A model generated the notes under the pieces. That model did not search any database. It saw only the letters and a list, made by a program, of their open reading frames with translations, and was not told the DNA's origin. A DNA stretch of 63,960 bases, counting the filler, from Octopus bimaculoides (taxonomy: Eukaryota), in the NCBI RefSeq assembly GCF_001194135.2. It is 9 parts of 9 records of this genome, joined end to end, with 100 filler letters (N's around TTAATTAATTAA, not from the genome) between each part and the next. Parts side by side here need not be neighbours in the genome. Positions count along the whole stretch, not along the records: positions 49,889 to 54,837 come from NW_026329317.1; positions 54,938 to 57,466 come from NC_068981.1; positions 57,567 to 62,728 come from NC_068984.1; 6 more parts are not named here. One strand, written 5' to 3'. Made by a program: the position numbers and the translations under genes. Each line of letters opens with the position of its first letter. Positions within the stretch are counted from its first letter, which is position 1. This document shows positions 49,889 to 61,754 of the stretch, in pieces.

Positions 49889-51900
49889 GAATTTGCCTTA
49901 TTTCTATTTTTAAAGCTAGATAGGTGCTCATTATATCTAAGCCGTATTTGGTTTTTCATCCCCCCAATGTAAGATCTAATATGGCTGCTTGTGTGTACGT
50001 CGCATTGGTAAACTATATTTTTGGTCTTACATCTATTGGAGAAATTACATTTATTCCTATCTCTACAGCCACATAGGTTGTAAGGGGTGTCTATGTCTGT
50101 GTGTTGTTGTATGGCCCTATTGTTTTTTTGATGTGTGTCCCTCCTAGTAAGGGGTGTTGGATTAGGGTTGGAGTTAGTTCTATTAGTTGGAGGGTTTGGT
50201 TTGGTTGTTCGTGGTGTTTTTAGCTGTATAGAATGCGTCTAATATATTATTATTAATAGATGCTATTATGGTAGCTAAGTTACATGTCAGGCTGTGGCCT
50301 ATTCTTATTTTGTTCTAAAATATTCCTGCGTATTTATTGTTTACTTTGAGGTGTTTATTCCTATCTATGAGCGGACTATGTTAGATTTGAGATTCATGTT
50401 GTAGGGAATGATTAGCCAGATCGTATCCTTATTGTTCTTATTGCTATTACAGCCATATCTGGTATAAAACCTGCCATCATAACTAGGAAGGCTAGTGAAT
50501 TTTTCTTTACGGCTATCTAATTTATTTCTATAGTTAGGCTTATTTTTGATATGTGTCTTATCAGTTTTTTCTGTGTTAGTATTGTTAGGTATTTGTGGGC
50601 CCGATATATGGTTTATTTTAGTCTGCTGGGTCTTGCTGTTATTCATACTAAACTTATCTTTGTATTGCTTAATGTTGGTTCTGTTCAGGTGGTTATTGTA
50701 TTTCTGTTTCGTCTCGTTGTTAGCCTTAATCGTCCTTTTAATATTATTGGTATTTGTGTTTATATTGTTGTTGGTATTTTTGGTGTTATATGGTTTGGCT
50801 TTGGGATCTTTTGTATTCCTATTACTTGTGTTATGTTTATCTGTGTCATTCATATCGTTAGTGTGGTTTGCAGCAGTGTTTGGTGTATTAATAGTGTATG
50901 TGTTTCTAGCGTTTAGATTCCCTATAGTTGGGTCTTTTTTATGGTTATTGGGTTCTATGAACTTAATTTTATGGTTAAATCCTGCTCTATGTAGTGCGAT
51001 GTTGTAGGTTTCCTTATGCTTATTAAAAATATCTTGGTTAGAGGAGAGGCGTGATATCCTATTGCTTATGCGTTTTACTCCATTCACTAAAGTTATATAT
51101 ACTCAAGTACCCAAAATAACAAGGGGTTTCTACCTCATGGAGTCCTGTGCCTAGGTTGCAATTGGCGTCTAAGTAGTTTATGGAGGTGTGTTCATTTTCT
51201 ATAGAAATGGCTAGTTCAAATATTTTGAAGAATTTATGTAAGTTTTTCTTAATGAGTTCTAGTTTCCTATTCGAGGGATTTTTAACTACGAATAGCGCGT
51301 TGTCCCTGTATAATCCACCTTCAAGATCTGGGAATTCCTCCTGTATGTAGGAGAGCAAATATATTCCCACTAAGTCTGTTATCTGAGCTGAATCCGGGGC
51401 TCCCATGGTGATATCGAAGGAGTTTGGGGAGTCTTTACGGACCCAGCGCTTATTATCAAAACTTATAATAGATTTCCTAGCTTCAAGTATTACATTAATT
51501 TCTTTCCTAGTTAGCTGTGAGTGGATTTTTGTGAATATTAGGGCACTATTCAGGATCGTGGGGTTAATTGAGGAGTAGTAGTCTACTATGTCTATCTGTA
51601 TGAATTTGTAGTTATTTGTGTTCGGTATTTTGGAGAACCAGTTTAGGGCTTCATATGTGTTAGACCATAATTCGAGGGAGAGTCTACTTTTTAGCGTAGG
51701 CATGTACTTATCTAGTATTAGTTTACTTAATTTGCATAGGTCTGATCTATTTGGGCATATTAATCTAACTTTAGTGTCTGTAAGGAAGTTGGGTATATGG
51801 TCTTTTAAAGTGATTCTAGGTCTAAGTGGTATAAATGGTTCAGTTTTTTCGGCTAAGTTATAGTCTAACATGATGTCCTTGGCTGCTAAGTTCATTGACC
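49889..51900 (-). mobile_element. Penelope-like retroelement (Naiad-like), decayed RT-thumb-linker-GIY-YIG
   Basis: RT: FDITMGAPDSAQITDLVGIYLL, GLYRDNAL; thumb RISRLSSN..YNIALHRAGF; endonuclease CGCRDRNKC..IVYQC..SYIG..RLRYNEHLSSF (49889-50075); cut off by an artificial join. Confidence 0.88.
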
Positions 51901-52927
51901 GTAAGGTGCTATCTGGTGCTACTTTATATTTTTTTGTTATTTCTTTGTGTAGGAGTTGGTGGTATAATATATGGTGGTATNNNNNNNNNNNNNNNNNNNN
52001 NNNNNNNNNNNNNNNNNNNNNNNNNNNNNNNNNNNNNNNNNNNNNNNNNNNNNNNNNNNNNNNNNNNNNNNNNNNNNNNNNNNNNNNNNNNNNNNNNNNN
52101 NNNNNNNNNNNNNNNNNNNNNNNNNNNNNNNNNNNNNNNNNNNNNNNNNNNNNNNNNNNNNNNNNNNNNNNNNNNNNNNNNNNNNNNNNNNNNNNNNNNN
52201 NNNNNNNNNNNNNNNNNNNNNNNNNNNNNNNNNNNNNNNNNNNNNNNNNNNNNNNNNNNNNNNNNNNNNNNNNNNNNNNNNNNNNNNNNNNNNNNNNNNN
52301 NNNNNNNNNNNNNNNNNNNNNNNNNNNNNNNNNNNNNNNNNNNNNNNNNNNNNNNNNNNNNNNNNNNNNNNNNNNNNNNNNNNNNNNNNNNNNNNNNNNN
52401 NNNNNNNNNNNNNNNNNNNNNNNNNNNNNNNNNNNNNNNNNNNNNNNNNNNNNNNNNNNNNNNNNNNNNNNNNNNNNNNNNNNNNNNNNNNNNNNNNNNN
52501 NNNNNNNNNNNNNNNNNNNNNNNNNNNNNNNNNNNNNNNNNNNNNNNNNNNNNNNNNNNNNNNNNNNNNNNNNNNNNNNNNNNNNNNNNNNNNNNNNNNN
52601 NNNNNNNNNNNNNNNNNNNNNNNNNNNNNNNNNNNNNNNNNNNNNNNNNNNNNNNNNNNNNNNNNNNNNNNNNNNNNNNNNNNNNNNNNNNNNNNNNNNN
52701 NNNNNNNNNNNNNNNNNNNNNNNNNNNNNNNNNNNNNNNNNNNNNNNNNNNNNNNNNNNNNNNNNNNNNNNNNNNNNNNNNNNNNNNNNNNNNNNNNNNN
52801 NNNNNNNNNNNNNNNNNNNNNNNNNNNNNNNNNNNNNNNNNNNNNNNNNNNNNNNNNNNNNNNNNNNNNNNNNNNNNNNNNNNNNNNNNNNNNNNNNNNN
52901 NNNNNNNNNNNNNNNNNNNNNNNNNNG

Positions 52928-53567
52928 GACGTTACCTTAGATTTACACAATAATACTCATTTCCCATTCCATAAACCTTCAACTAATCTCAAGTACATAA
53001 GCCCCTTTAGTAACCATCCAAGACATATAACCAGTAATTTAGTTAGGAATATCTCAATTAGGCTTTCCAAACTTTCTTCTAACTCCCAAATCTTCAGTAA
53101 GGAGGCTGACTTCTATAATTCAGCCGTATTAAGGGCTGGCTATAAGGAAAAGGTTGTGTATATTAACTCTTCTAGTGATCTTTCCCCTCCTACACAGCAT
53201 GATACCCCCTTTACTAGCGTAGATGAACCCGTGTCTATTCCTTCCCATTCCTCTCACTTTACTGAGAAAGTAGGTCATCCTCTTAACTCACATAAGAGAA
53301 GTGCCCCAACTGGCCCCAAATACTTTAACAAATTCAAAAATCTTTGCATGTTTAACCACTCTAATACTACATCTAGATCTGTTGATAATAATAAGAATAT
53401 CTGGCTCATCCTCCCGTTTGGAAAGCAGGTCAAATCAGATTTGGTCCGACAGTTCCGAGACGCGGTGAGTAGGAATTTCCATAAAGGCTCCCACTATTAC
53501 CCAATTATCAACTCGCATAAGGTTAGATTTGGATTTTCGAACACCAAAAATTTGTTACAGATAATAT
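52928..53567 (+). mobile_element. Second Naiad-like PLE fragment (thumb/linker), open between two gaps
   Basis: DVTLDL..PFHKPSTNLKYISPFSNHP..RLSKLSS..RAGY..NKNIWLILPF..FSNTKNLLQII. Confidence 0.85.
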
Positions 53568-54600
53568 NNNNNNNNNNNNNNNNNNNNNNNNNNNNNNNNN
53601 NNNNNNNNNNNNNNNNNNNNNNNNNNNNNNNNNNNNNNNNNNNNNNNNNNNNNNNNNNNNNNNNNNNNNNNNNNNNNNNNNNNNNNNNNNNNNNNNNNNN
53701 NNNNNNNNNNNNNNNNNNNNNNNNNNNNNNNNNNNNNNNNNNNNNNNNNNNNNNNNNNNNNNNNNNNNNNNNNNNNNNNNNNNNNNNNNNNNNNNNNNNN
53801 NNNNNNNNNNNNNNNNNNNNNNNNNNNNNNNNNNNNNNNNNNNNNNNNNNNNNNNNNNNNNNNNNNNNNNNNNNNNNNNNNNNNNNNNNNNNNNNNNNNN
53901 NNNNNNNNNNNNNNNNNNNNNNNNNNNNNNNNNNNNNNNNNNNNNNNNNNNNNNNNNNNNNNNNNNNNNNNNNNNNNNNNNNNNNNNNNNNNNNNNNNNN
54001 NNNNNNNNNNNNNNNNNNNNNNNNNNNNNNNNNNNNNNNNNNNNNNNNNNNNNNNNNNNNNNNNNNNNNNNNNNNNNNNNNNNNNNNNNNNNNNNNNNNN
54101 NNNNNNNNNNNNNNNNNNNNNNNNNNNNNNNNNNNNNNNNNNNNNNNNNNNNNNNNNNNNNNNNNNNNNNNNNNNNNNNNNNNNNNNNNNNNNNNNNNNN
54201 NNNNNNNNNNNTCCTATGAATAATTTCCACTTCTTCATCCACTACAACTTGCCTTTTCCCCTTCTATAGTTGATAATTTTTTTCCTTCCCAGTAATTACA
54301 GCTAAGGCTACCTTGTATCACCAGCTGCTTTGCCTTAGATCTGACCTTCTCCTTATTAGCATGTATATTGTTATTATTATTATTATTTCTCACCGAACAC
54401 CATGTACTTCGGTTTTACACTGATTAGCGCTAACATAAGTATATTAATATATAACAGGGTAATGGTATTTCTTTTATCATGTTTATGCTCTTCGCTTCAA
54501 ATCAGTATGCTATTAATCTTAATATTTGTTTATAATCTTAAACAAAACAGATGTGTGTGTATTTGGGTACATATATGCATACATGTGTTTGTGAGTGTGT

Positions 54601-54660
54601 GTGAGGGTGGACGTGTGTGTGTGAGGGTGGACGTGTGTGTGTGAGGGTGGACGTGTGTGT
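54601..54660. repeat. 20-bp minisatellite x3 (GTGAGGGTGGACGTGTGTGT)
   Basis: Three exact copies within (TG)n. Confidence 0.95.
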
Positions 54661-54937
54661 ATATTTATACATACATACAAGTGTGTATATATATACAAAT
54701 GTGTGTGCGTGTGTGTATGTGTTTGAGTGTATGTGTGTGAATGGGTATGTACACATAAGTATATGTATATATGTATGTGTATGCACATGTACGAGCACGG
54801 GGCGTGTGTGTGTGTGTATGGGTGCAGGTGCGTATGTNNNNNNNNNNNNNNNNNNNNNNNNNNNNNNNNNNNNNNNNNNNNTTAATTAATTAANNNNNNN
54901 NNNNNNNNNNNNNNNNNNNNNNNNNNNNNNNNNNNNN

Positions 54938-54974
<37 letters not shown>

Positions 54975-55380
54975 ACATACGCGCGCGCGCGCGTATAAGT
55001 ATGTGTGTGTATTTTGAGTGTGTTTGTATTTTTTTATGTTTTCGTATGTTTTATATATAGGTGAATGAACCATATGTTTTGTTTACGAGCTTTTAAGAAC
55101 ATCAGTATTTTTTTCCTACAAGCTTGAATTGGCTTTGAAGAAAATCAATGCATAAAACGGCCCAATAAAATCATTGATGAAATTGCACTTTGTTGTCGCT
55201 GTTATAAGCCTCTTTAATAACAGTTAATCTCCCCTTATTTGTAACGTCTTCCTGCACATGACACCAAATATAAGCTGATTCCCCGAGCTAACTAAATAAA
55301 ATTTGTCACAATCTCCACAATGATTATTTCCATCAAATAGTCTGTAATCCATACAGCATAAATGTTTCTTTCATTTCTTT

Positions 55381-55460
55381 CAAAGACCAAAATGATGAAG
55401 AAACTGCAATTGGGAATTATGTAATTCACAATTGCGGTTTCTTCATCATTTTGGCCTTTG
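55381..55460. repeat. 80-nt near-perfect hairpin
   Basis: 39-bp arms with 3 mismatches and a 2-nt centre. Confidence 0.9.
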
Positions 55461-56084
55461 GCAACGGGCAACTGGCAAGAAATAACTGCTGATTTGTACG
55501 GAATAAAAGAAGGTCAACATTTATAGTAACGACACATTAATAAATAAGCAAATTAAAAGTGTACAATCTTCAGAATGAAAACAAGGAGAGGAATAACATC
55601 CCGGAAATGGTAGAGGAAATTACAAATGGTGATTCAGAGCACTCTACTTCGGATTGCGCCGGCACAACAAAGGCAAGTACCCTCACCAAATTTGTGTCAT
55701 CCTCCTACAGCCGCTTAGTGTAGGTCCATTTGACTAAGCTAATTACGTCACTCTCATCACTCTTCAGAATGGTTACTTCCTCTATGTCCTCATCTTTCAC
55801 TACTACTCCCCATCCCTCCAGCCGTGGTACCAGAATACATTGGGATTGGTTTGTGAGGAATATGTCACTTATCAAAGCTTTATAATGTATCAACACCATT
55901 ATTGCACCTTTATTTCCATATGCACAAAACAGAGGAAGATTAACTATTTGTCGCTTCCAAAGGAATATGGTAACTCAGCCTGCACACTAGACTCAATGGA
56001 TATCCAAACCCATTCTTATACGCTCTAAACGTTTTGTCTGATGCAATTACGATTCCGTCAGCTCGCTGCCTTAATATAAATATT

Positions 56085-56223
56085 AATATTATTTACATTA
56101 TTTACATTTGAAGGAAATGTGTCCTCATCTTGTTTGTTGTTAACACAACGTTTCGGCTGATACACCCTCCAGCCTGTGTTCTAATTCCTAAGGTATTTTT
56201 CGATGTTATTATTATTATTATTA

Positions 56224-56258
<35 letters not shown>

Positions 56259-56265
56259 GTTGTTG

Positions 56266-56349
<84 letters not shown>

Positions 56350-56409
56350 TCACTGCTTGGAATCGAACTAGGAATCTTAGGGTTAGTAGCTCGGGCTCTT
56401 AACCACTAC
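56085..56409 (-). mobile_element. tRNA-headed SINE-like element with partial hammerhead (copy C)
   Basis: Minus strand: GTAGTGGTTAAGAGC..CTACTAA..AGTTCGATTCC head, long (AAT)n, GGCTG-GAGGGTGTAT-CAGCC-GAAA-CGTT-GTGTT, TGTAAATAA tail. Confidence 0.8.
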
Positions 56410-57067
56410 TTTGTACTAGTGACGAAGTTTCCTCATGTGTATGACTAATACAAGAAGGATACTATATCCTGCTTAACTGAGTTCCTCCCACACTGTGGTT
56501 GTAGTGATGTAGGTCAAGTGATTTCCTTCTGTTTTCTGATAAGTGTTACATTGACGTCCGATCATATAAATCTAAAGATGTGACGTTTCCTGTTGTTACC
56601 TTACCGTCTCTTTAGGTGCAAATGTCCTTCCATTTATTCTAATAATATTATGCATCATATCTTACTCCCAGCATATCATATAGGTAAATTCAGTGCGGAA
56701 AATCATGATCTGGCAGTTCAAGTGCACATAGCAGACGATTCTCGTTTGCCAAAATATATAAAGGTGTGATCTTTTGTATATCATGCTTCCATATGAGAGG
56801 AGAGGGGCTCACAAGGTGAATACAGCAGTATTCAGAGTTCTGACAGCGTTTTATCCAAGTTAAGTTGGATATAAATATTAGTACTGATTCTGTTAATAAT
56901 AATTATTATGAAAATGTGTCACATTGAGGAAATTCAGGTCTAATTTAAAAAATATTTTCCTGTTATCGTTGTCTCTCCTATTTCGAAGTGAACCTTTGAT
57001 ATAGTGGAAAAAGTTAAATAAAATCTAAGTAGCTATAGATCCATCCTCTTTCTCTGTAACTCACTTT

Positions 57068-57463
57068 ATGTTGTTGTTGTTGTTGTTGGCACTCCGTCGC
57101 TTACGACGTCGAGGGTTCCAGTTGATCCTATCAACGGAACAGCCTGCTCGTAAAATTAACGTGCAAGTGGCTGAGCACTCCACAGACACGTTTACTCTTA
57201 ACGTAGTTCTCGGGGATATTCAGCGTGACACAGTGTGACAAGGCTGTCCCTTTGAATTACAGACACAACAGAAACAAGAAGTAAGAGTGAGAGAAAGCTG
57301 TGGTGAAAGAATACAGCAGGGTTCACCACCATCCCCTGCCGGAGCCTCGTGGAGCTTTAGGTGTTTTCGCTCAATAAACACTCACAACGCCTGGTCTGGG
57401 AATCGAAACCGCAATCCTATGACCGCGAGTACGCTGCCCTAACCACTGGGCCATTGCGCCTCC
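57068..57463 (-). mobile_element. Full-length tRNA(Arg)-like SINE with (CAA)n tail (likely an octopus OR-type family)
   Basis: Minus strand: GGAGGCGCAATGGCCCAGTGGTTAGGGCAGCGTACTCGCGGTCATAGGATTGCGGTTTCGATTCCC with A and B boxes. Confidence 0.88.
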
Positions 57464-57619
57464 ATTNNNNNNNNNNNNNNNNNNNNNNNNNNNNNNNNNN
57501 NNNNNNNNNNTTAATTAATTAANNNNNNNNNNNNNNNNNNNNNNNNNNNNNNNNNNNNNNNNNNNNGGACAGGTCGGCCCCGTGTTTCTCGAGCCATGCC
57601 TGTAGAGCTTTATATATAC

Positions 57620-57686
<67 letters not shown>

Positions 57687-57688
<2 letters not shown>

Positions 57689-58889
57689 CCAGGTTGGGTT
57701 AAACTTTTTTTTTCTAATTCAAGCTTTAATAAATAGTTCAGATAAATTACATACGCAAGGTGTATATTCATCAAAAATACATTCCATCATATTCTATTGT
57801 CTATTGCCATATTTGTTCCGGAAGCTAAATTCCACACATATACCATTTGGCTGGTTTAGAGCCCCAAAAATCCCTGCACCCATTTTCAATTTCACCTACA
57901 TTGTTGAAATCCCGTTAGTGCAGGGAGCCATACCTCGAGAAAGTTGGTAACCTGATGATGCAAAGTTTGAACTGTACGCAAGGTGAGGCTGCACTTCGAA
58001 CCCCTCGATGGTCACATTGGCAATGCGTGGTGGGGAATGATGTAGGAGCACGCGTCTTCGATTGATTAATACCGGGTAGTGGGCTTTCAAAACATTATAC
58101 TCTCGCTGCAGTTGTTGAGCGTAGCAGTTAGTGTTCACAACATGACTGTCTGCGACCAGCTCAAGGTACAACATCCCCTCCAAAAATGCAATATTATGTT
58201 CAAACCGCCGTTGTTTGGCAATAAGTTCTGAAGCCAGACCGGATCGAAGTCGCTGATTTTTCCTATAAGGATTACGAAAATGGATCCATTTTCCATCCCC
58301 ATTCGACGCTCATAATTGGCATCTTGAAGATTTACAAGGAGTTGTTTGTAAATGTTCACACGTCGTTGATCTGGTCAATGACCAATTCATGAGGAACTAC
58401 TCGACAGCTACTATTCACAAGGCCCAGCTTATGGAGGTGACAGTGGATGGTGCATTGTGAAGGACAAAATTCTACCGAAAATGTAAGAGTATTCGTGCTT
58501 TCACCATTTCAAGCAAAACCTCATCATCCACAGCAGAAAGTCTCTCTGTCTTTGGTATGTCTTCGTAGCTGATGCCACCTTCTTTCAAATGTCTGAACCA
58601 GCTTTGTGCCACTCATTCATTGACACTTCTTGGGCCTTCCACATCATTGATATCTTCTGCCGCTGCGCTTACACTCAATCCTTTTAACTACACGTAGAGG
58701 AAAATAGCTCTGATTGCAATGTTTTCTCTAACATTATCAAAGCTGTAAAAGCAATTAATGTTTATATGTTATATATGAAAAGAATAAACAATTCAGCAAC
58801 AATTGGATGATGAATTGCACGAAAGCAATGATACAAGTTGCCAAATATTATCAGTGAAAATCCGAAGGAATCTTTGACTCAAGCTGATA
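57687..58889 (-). mobile_element. Decayed mariner transposon
   Basis: EGMLYLEL..NTNCYAQQL..YPVLINRRRVLLH..PHLAYSSNFASSGYQL; degenerate TIRs TACCAGGTTGGGTTAAA / TTTGACTCAAGCTGATA. Confidence 0.8.
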
Positions 58890-59087
58890 GACAGTCAGCT
58901 AGCTAACTAGATAAGTATGTATGTATGTATGTATGTATGTATGTATGTATGTATGTATTTGTGTGTTTGTGAGTGTGTTGTCAGTAAAGATCGTTCAACA
59001 GGATGCCTGTAAAGTTACCATCCTGTACGTACGACGAATCGGAAATAGCCAAATTATGAAACCAAAGTGGGTGAGACAGGATGTGGC

Positions 59088-59123
<36 letters not shown>

Positions 59124-59157
59124 ACGCACACACACAGAGAAGCATGTGTGTGTAAAT

Positions 59158-59219
<62 letters not shown>

Positions 59220-59288
59220 TGTAGTATCCTACGCCGGAAAATTCACAAGCATGCACACACATGCAGACATAGATATGCATAGAGACGA

Positions 59289-59425
59289 ATGGTCAAGTGG
59301 CTAGCTTGCCGCTCTCCCGATCGCAAGATTGCAGTTTCGATTATCAGACCGGATAATACGTTTTGCTTTTGAGCAAAACACTTCATTACATATAGTCTAA
59401 TCCACTCAGCTGTAAATTAGTATGG
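59289..59425 (+). mobile_element. Old tRNA-derived SINE fragment
   Basis: AATGGTCAAGTGG..CGCAAGATTGCAGTTTCGATT..TTGAGCAAAACACTTCAT..TCCACTCAGCTG. Confidence 0.6.
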
Positions 59426-60387
59426 TTGTCTGGCTTCTCAGCCAGAAAAATCTTGTGATCACGGTTACGTATACGTCACAGAAACCGGGTAATCAACTCT
59501 TATGAATCTGGGTATAAAAGAATGCATTCGTGGATACTTGATGTTTTGGATGTTAGATATTTGGTGGTTTGGATAAAAGAGCAAGAAAGCTCGAAATATG
59601 CATATACACCCATTACCTATTCTTCGATCGCATTGTTTACTTAGACCTATGCGAATGCGAAACGTCGTAACTTTCAGTGCTGGCTGTGAATTCTATACAA
59701 CATTTGCAGAAATGAACTTAAAAATGAGAGCAACGCATTGCTAACACAAAAGTAAAGCACAGTATAGACCTAAGAACCTTTGATATAAATACTTGTATAT
59801 TACGGTTGCAAAACGAAATACTCTGTCCTTGCTGGCAATAAATATTTATGTATCATTTGCTATGCATGTCTTTAATATATAAATCGGCCTATCCAGTAGT
59901 ATTACGCAGCTATACTTAGTATTTAAGCATTGCATTCTTGGATAGTTGATGGGTTGAATGTGATGGTGATGAAAAAGCAATAACTTTTGAAATATCCATA
60001 TATACACATTATCTGTTTTTTCAATTCTCAATCGGGTTGTTTACAAAGAAGTATTCGTATACGAAACTCGTATCTGAATTGTAAACAAAATCTCTAGAGA
60101 TAAATTTTAATGTGCAAGGTAAATTATAAGAAGACAAATATGTGAATTAATGCAGACTTACCTTGTGTTCAATATTTCAGGAATATGACCCCATTTTAAA
60201 GAAATGGACGAATGCTACTGATGTGCGTGTGTGTGAGCGTTTGTGGAGTGGACATGCGCAGAAAGGTGTTGCAACCAGCTAGTTTCCTGTAACTCTCTTC
60301 TATTGTTGATTTTAGGTTTCTTTTGGTGTATGAAGATGGCCTCAGAGATTCTAAGGTCGTCCCTGTTCCTCTATGTAGCCTTGATGT

Positions 60388-61015
60388 CCACCATAACCCA
60401 ACATCTTTAGCTAAACAACGGCGCCTGGAGAACATCAAGGTCAATAAACCCCGGAAGAACCGTCATACTCCCAAGTCCGGTACGTGCTACCTAAGGCTAC
60501 CATACTTTGATGACAGAACTACTGCAGCGATGCAACACACAGTCCGCAGGGAAGGACTAGACATACAGATAGTGCACACCGGCCCTTCCCTGGGAAAAGT
60601 TCTGTCCAAGAACAACACCTTTCACTACTCCGAGGAGTGCACATTGTCGAACTGCCTCATCAACGACTCTGAATTGTGCCACAGAACTTATGTTGTATAT
60701 GAGATCATCTGTCGCAAATGTGGCGCATCCTACATAGGAAACACGACAAGAAAACTGCATATACGCATGAAGGAACACATGCAGGCAGACACTTCCGTGA
60801 AGAAACATCTATGTAAATGTCAGACCCCGGAATTCACAGTGCACATCAAGGCTACACAGAGGAACAGGGACGACCTTAGAATCTCTGAGGCCATCCTCAT
60901 ACACCAAAAGAAACCTAAAATCAACAATAGAAGAGAGCTACAGGAAACTAGCTGGTTGCAACACCTTTCTGCGCATGCCCACTCCACATACACTCACACA
61001 CACGCACATCGGTAA
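60388..61015 (+). pseudogene. PLE linker + GIY-YIG endonuclease, open frame without a genuine start
   Basis: YLRLPY motif, Cys/His linker, VYxIxCxxC-YIG-T-R-EH. Confidence 0.85.
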
Positions 61016-61026
61016 CATTCGTCAAT

Positions 61027-61063
61027 TTCTTGAAAATGGGATCATAACCCCGAAATATTGAAT
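61027..61063 (+). ncRNA. Minimal hammerhead-like motif in PLE 3' end (U3:A8 variant); decayed mirror copy at ~60158-60195 (-)
   Basis: TTC-TTGAAAA-T-GGGATCATAACCCC-GAAA-TATT-GAA. Confidence 0.55.
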
Positions 61064-61239
61064 ACAAGGCAAGTCTACATTAATTCACATATTTGTCCTG
61101 TAATTTACCTTGCATTTACTTCGCATTGTTTTGGCCTTACCCACGATCCTTTATACAATATATTCTACACAATGCTTCATAGTAATTAGTCCATTATATA
61201 TTTCGTCTTCAAAGAAGAAGAATTAAGGAGTATCCTTTA

Positions 61240-61455
61240 TAAAGGATATTAGTAGATACCCGATCCATCGTCGAAGAGAGAGTGAAGTAGATTATGGATG
61301 GATAGCCCTGAGCCAATATATTGACAGATGCGCAAGAAATAAAACACCGAATTTCCATATTTTTCCATTATCCCAATGTAAAGTTTCGATCTCCTTACAA
61401 GAATGCCTAAACAAGGAAAACCTGTTCATACAAAAGTACAGACCACACCTTAATA
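61240..61455 (+). pseudogene. Relic GIY-YIG C-terminus of another PLE (Neptune-like)
   Basis: SQYIDRCARNKTPNFHIFPLSQC...NKENLFIQKYRPHLN; upstream part broken by stops. Confidence 0.5.
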
Positions 61456-61650
61456 TACAAACTTGACCACCTTAATATACAAACTTGACCACCTGATCCT
61501 TACACATTCTTATTTCAACAATTATACTGAGGAGTTAGTTGTCCGCCTTGCCACCTGTTGCCTCCCTTTGTCCACTCTCTAGACTCATTCTTTCTTTTCA
61601 TGTATCCAAAATGGCGTGACTCCTTTATCACAAGAAATGACTACTTCACA

Positions 61651-61696
61651 ATGTCCCTTGAAAAGCTAATTTAAATAGCGAAAACCGGTTGGATAT
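61651..61696 (+). ncRNA. Hammerhead-like motif downstream of the PLE relic
   Basis: ATGTCCC-TTGAAAA-GCTA-ATTTAAA-TAGC-GAAA-ACCGGTT-GGATAT; one-base register ambiguity. Confidence 0.45.
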
Positions 61697-61711
61697 CACG
61701 ACATTCATAAA

Positions 61712-61754
<43 letters not shown>

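Larger units (their letters stand above)
60113..61114 (+). mobile_element. 5'-truncated Penelope-like element with an inverted copy of its 3' end
   Basis: GIY-YIG ORF (YVVYEIICRKCGASYIGNTTRKLHIRMKEH..LRISEAILI..KPKIN); 60113-60387 is the reverse complement of 60843-61114. Confidence 0.9.

Noticed and set aside
50546-51007. Hydrophobic plus-strand ORFs resembling membrane proteins
   Set aside because: Antisense shadows of the Asn/Thr/Lys-rich PLE linker
55990-56040. YKNGFG (fibrinogen-like) on minus and NPFLY (GPCR TM7-like) on plus
   Set aside because: Isolated short motifs without the rest of either domain
59635-59670. GCGAAACGTCGTAA with possible TTAC/GTAA helix I
   Set aside because: The CTGANGA core is absent and helix II is not evident
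61447-61494. 22-bp tandem duplication
   Set aside because: Simple local slippage with no further structure
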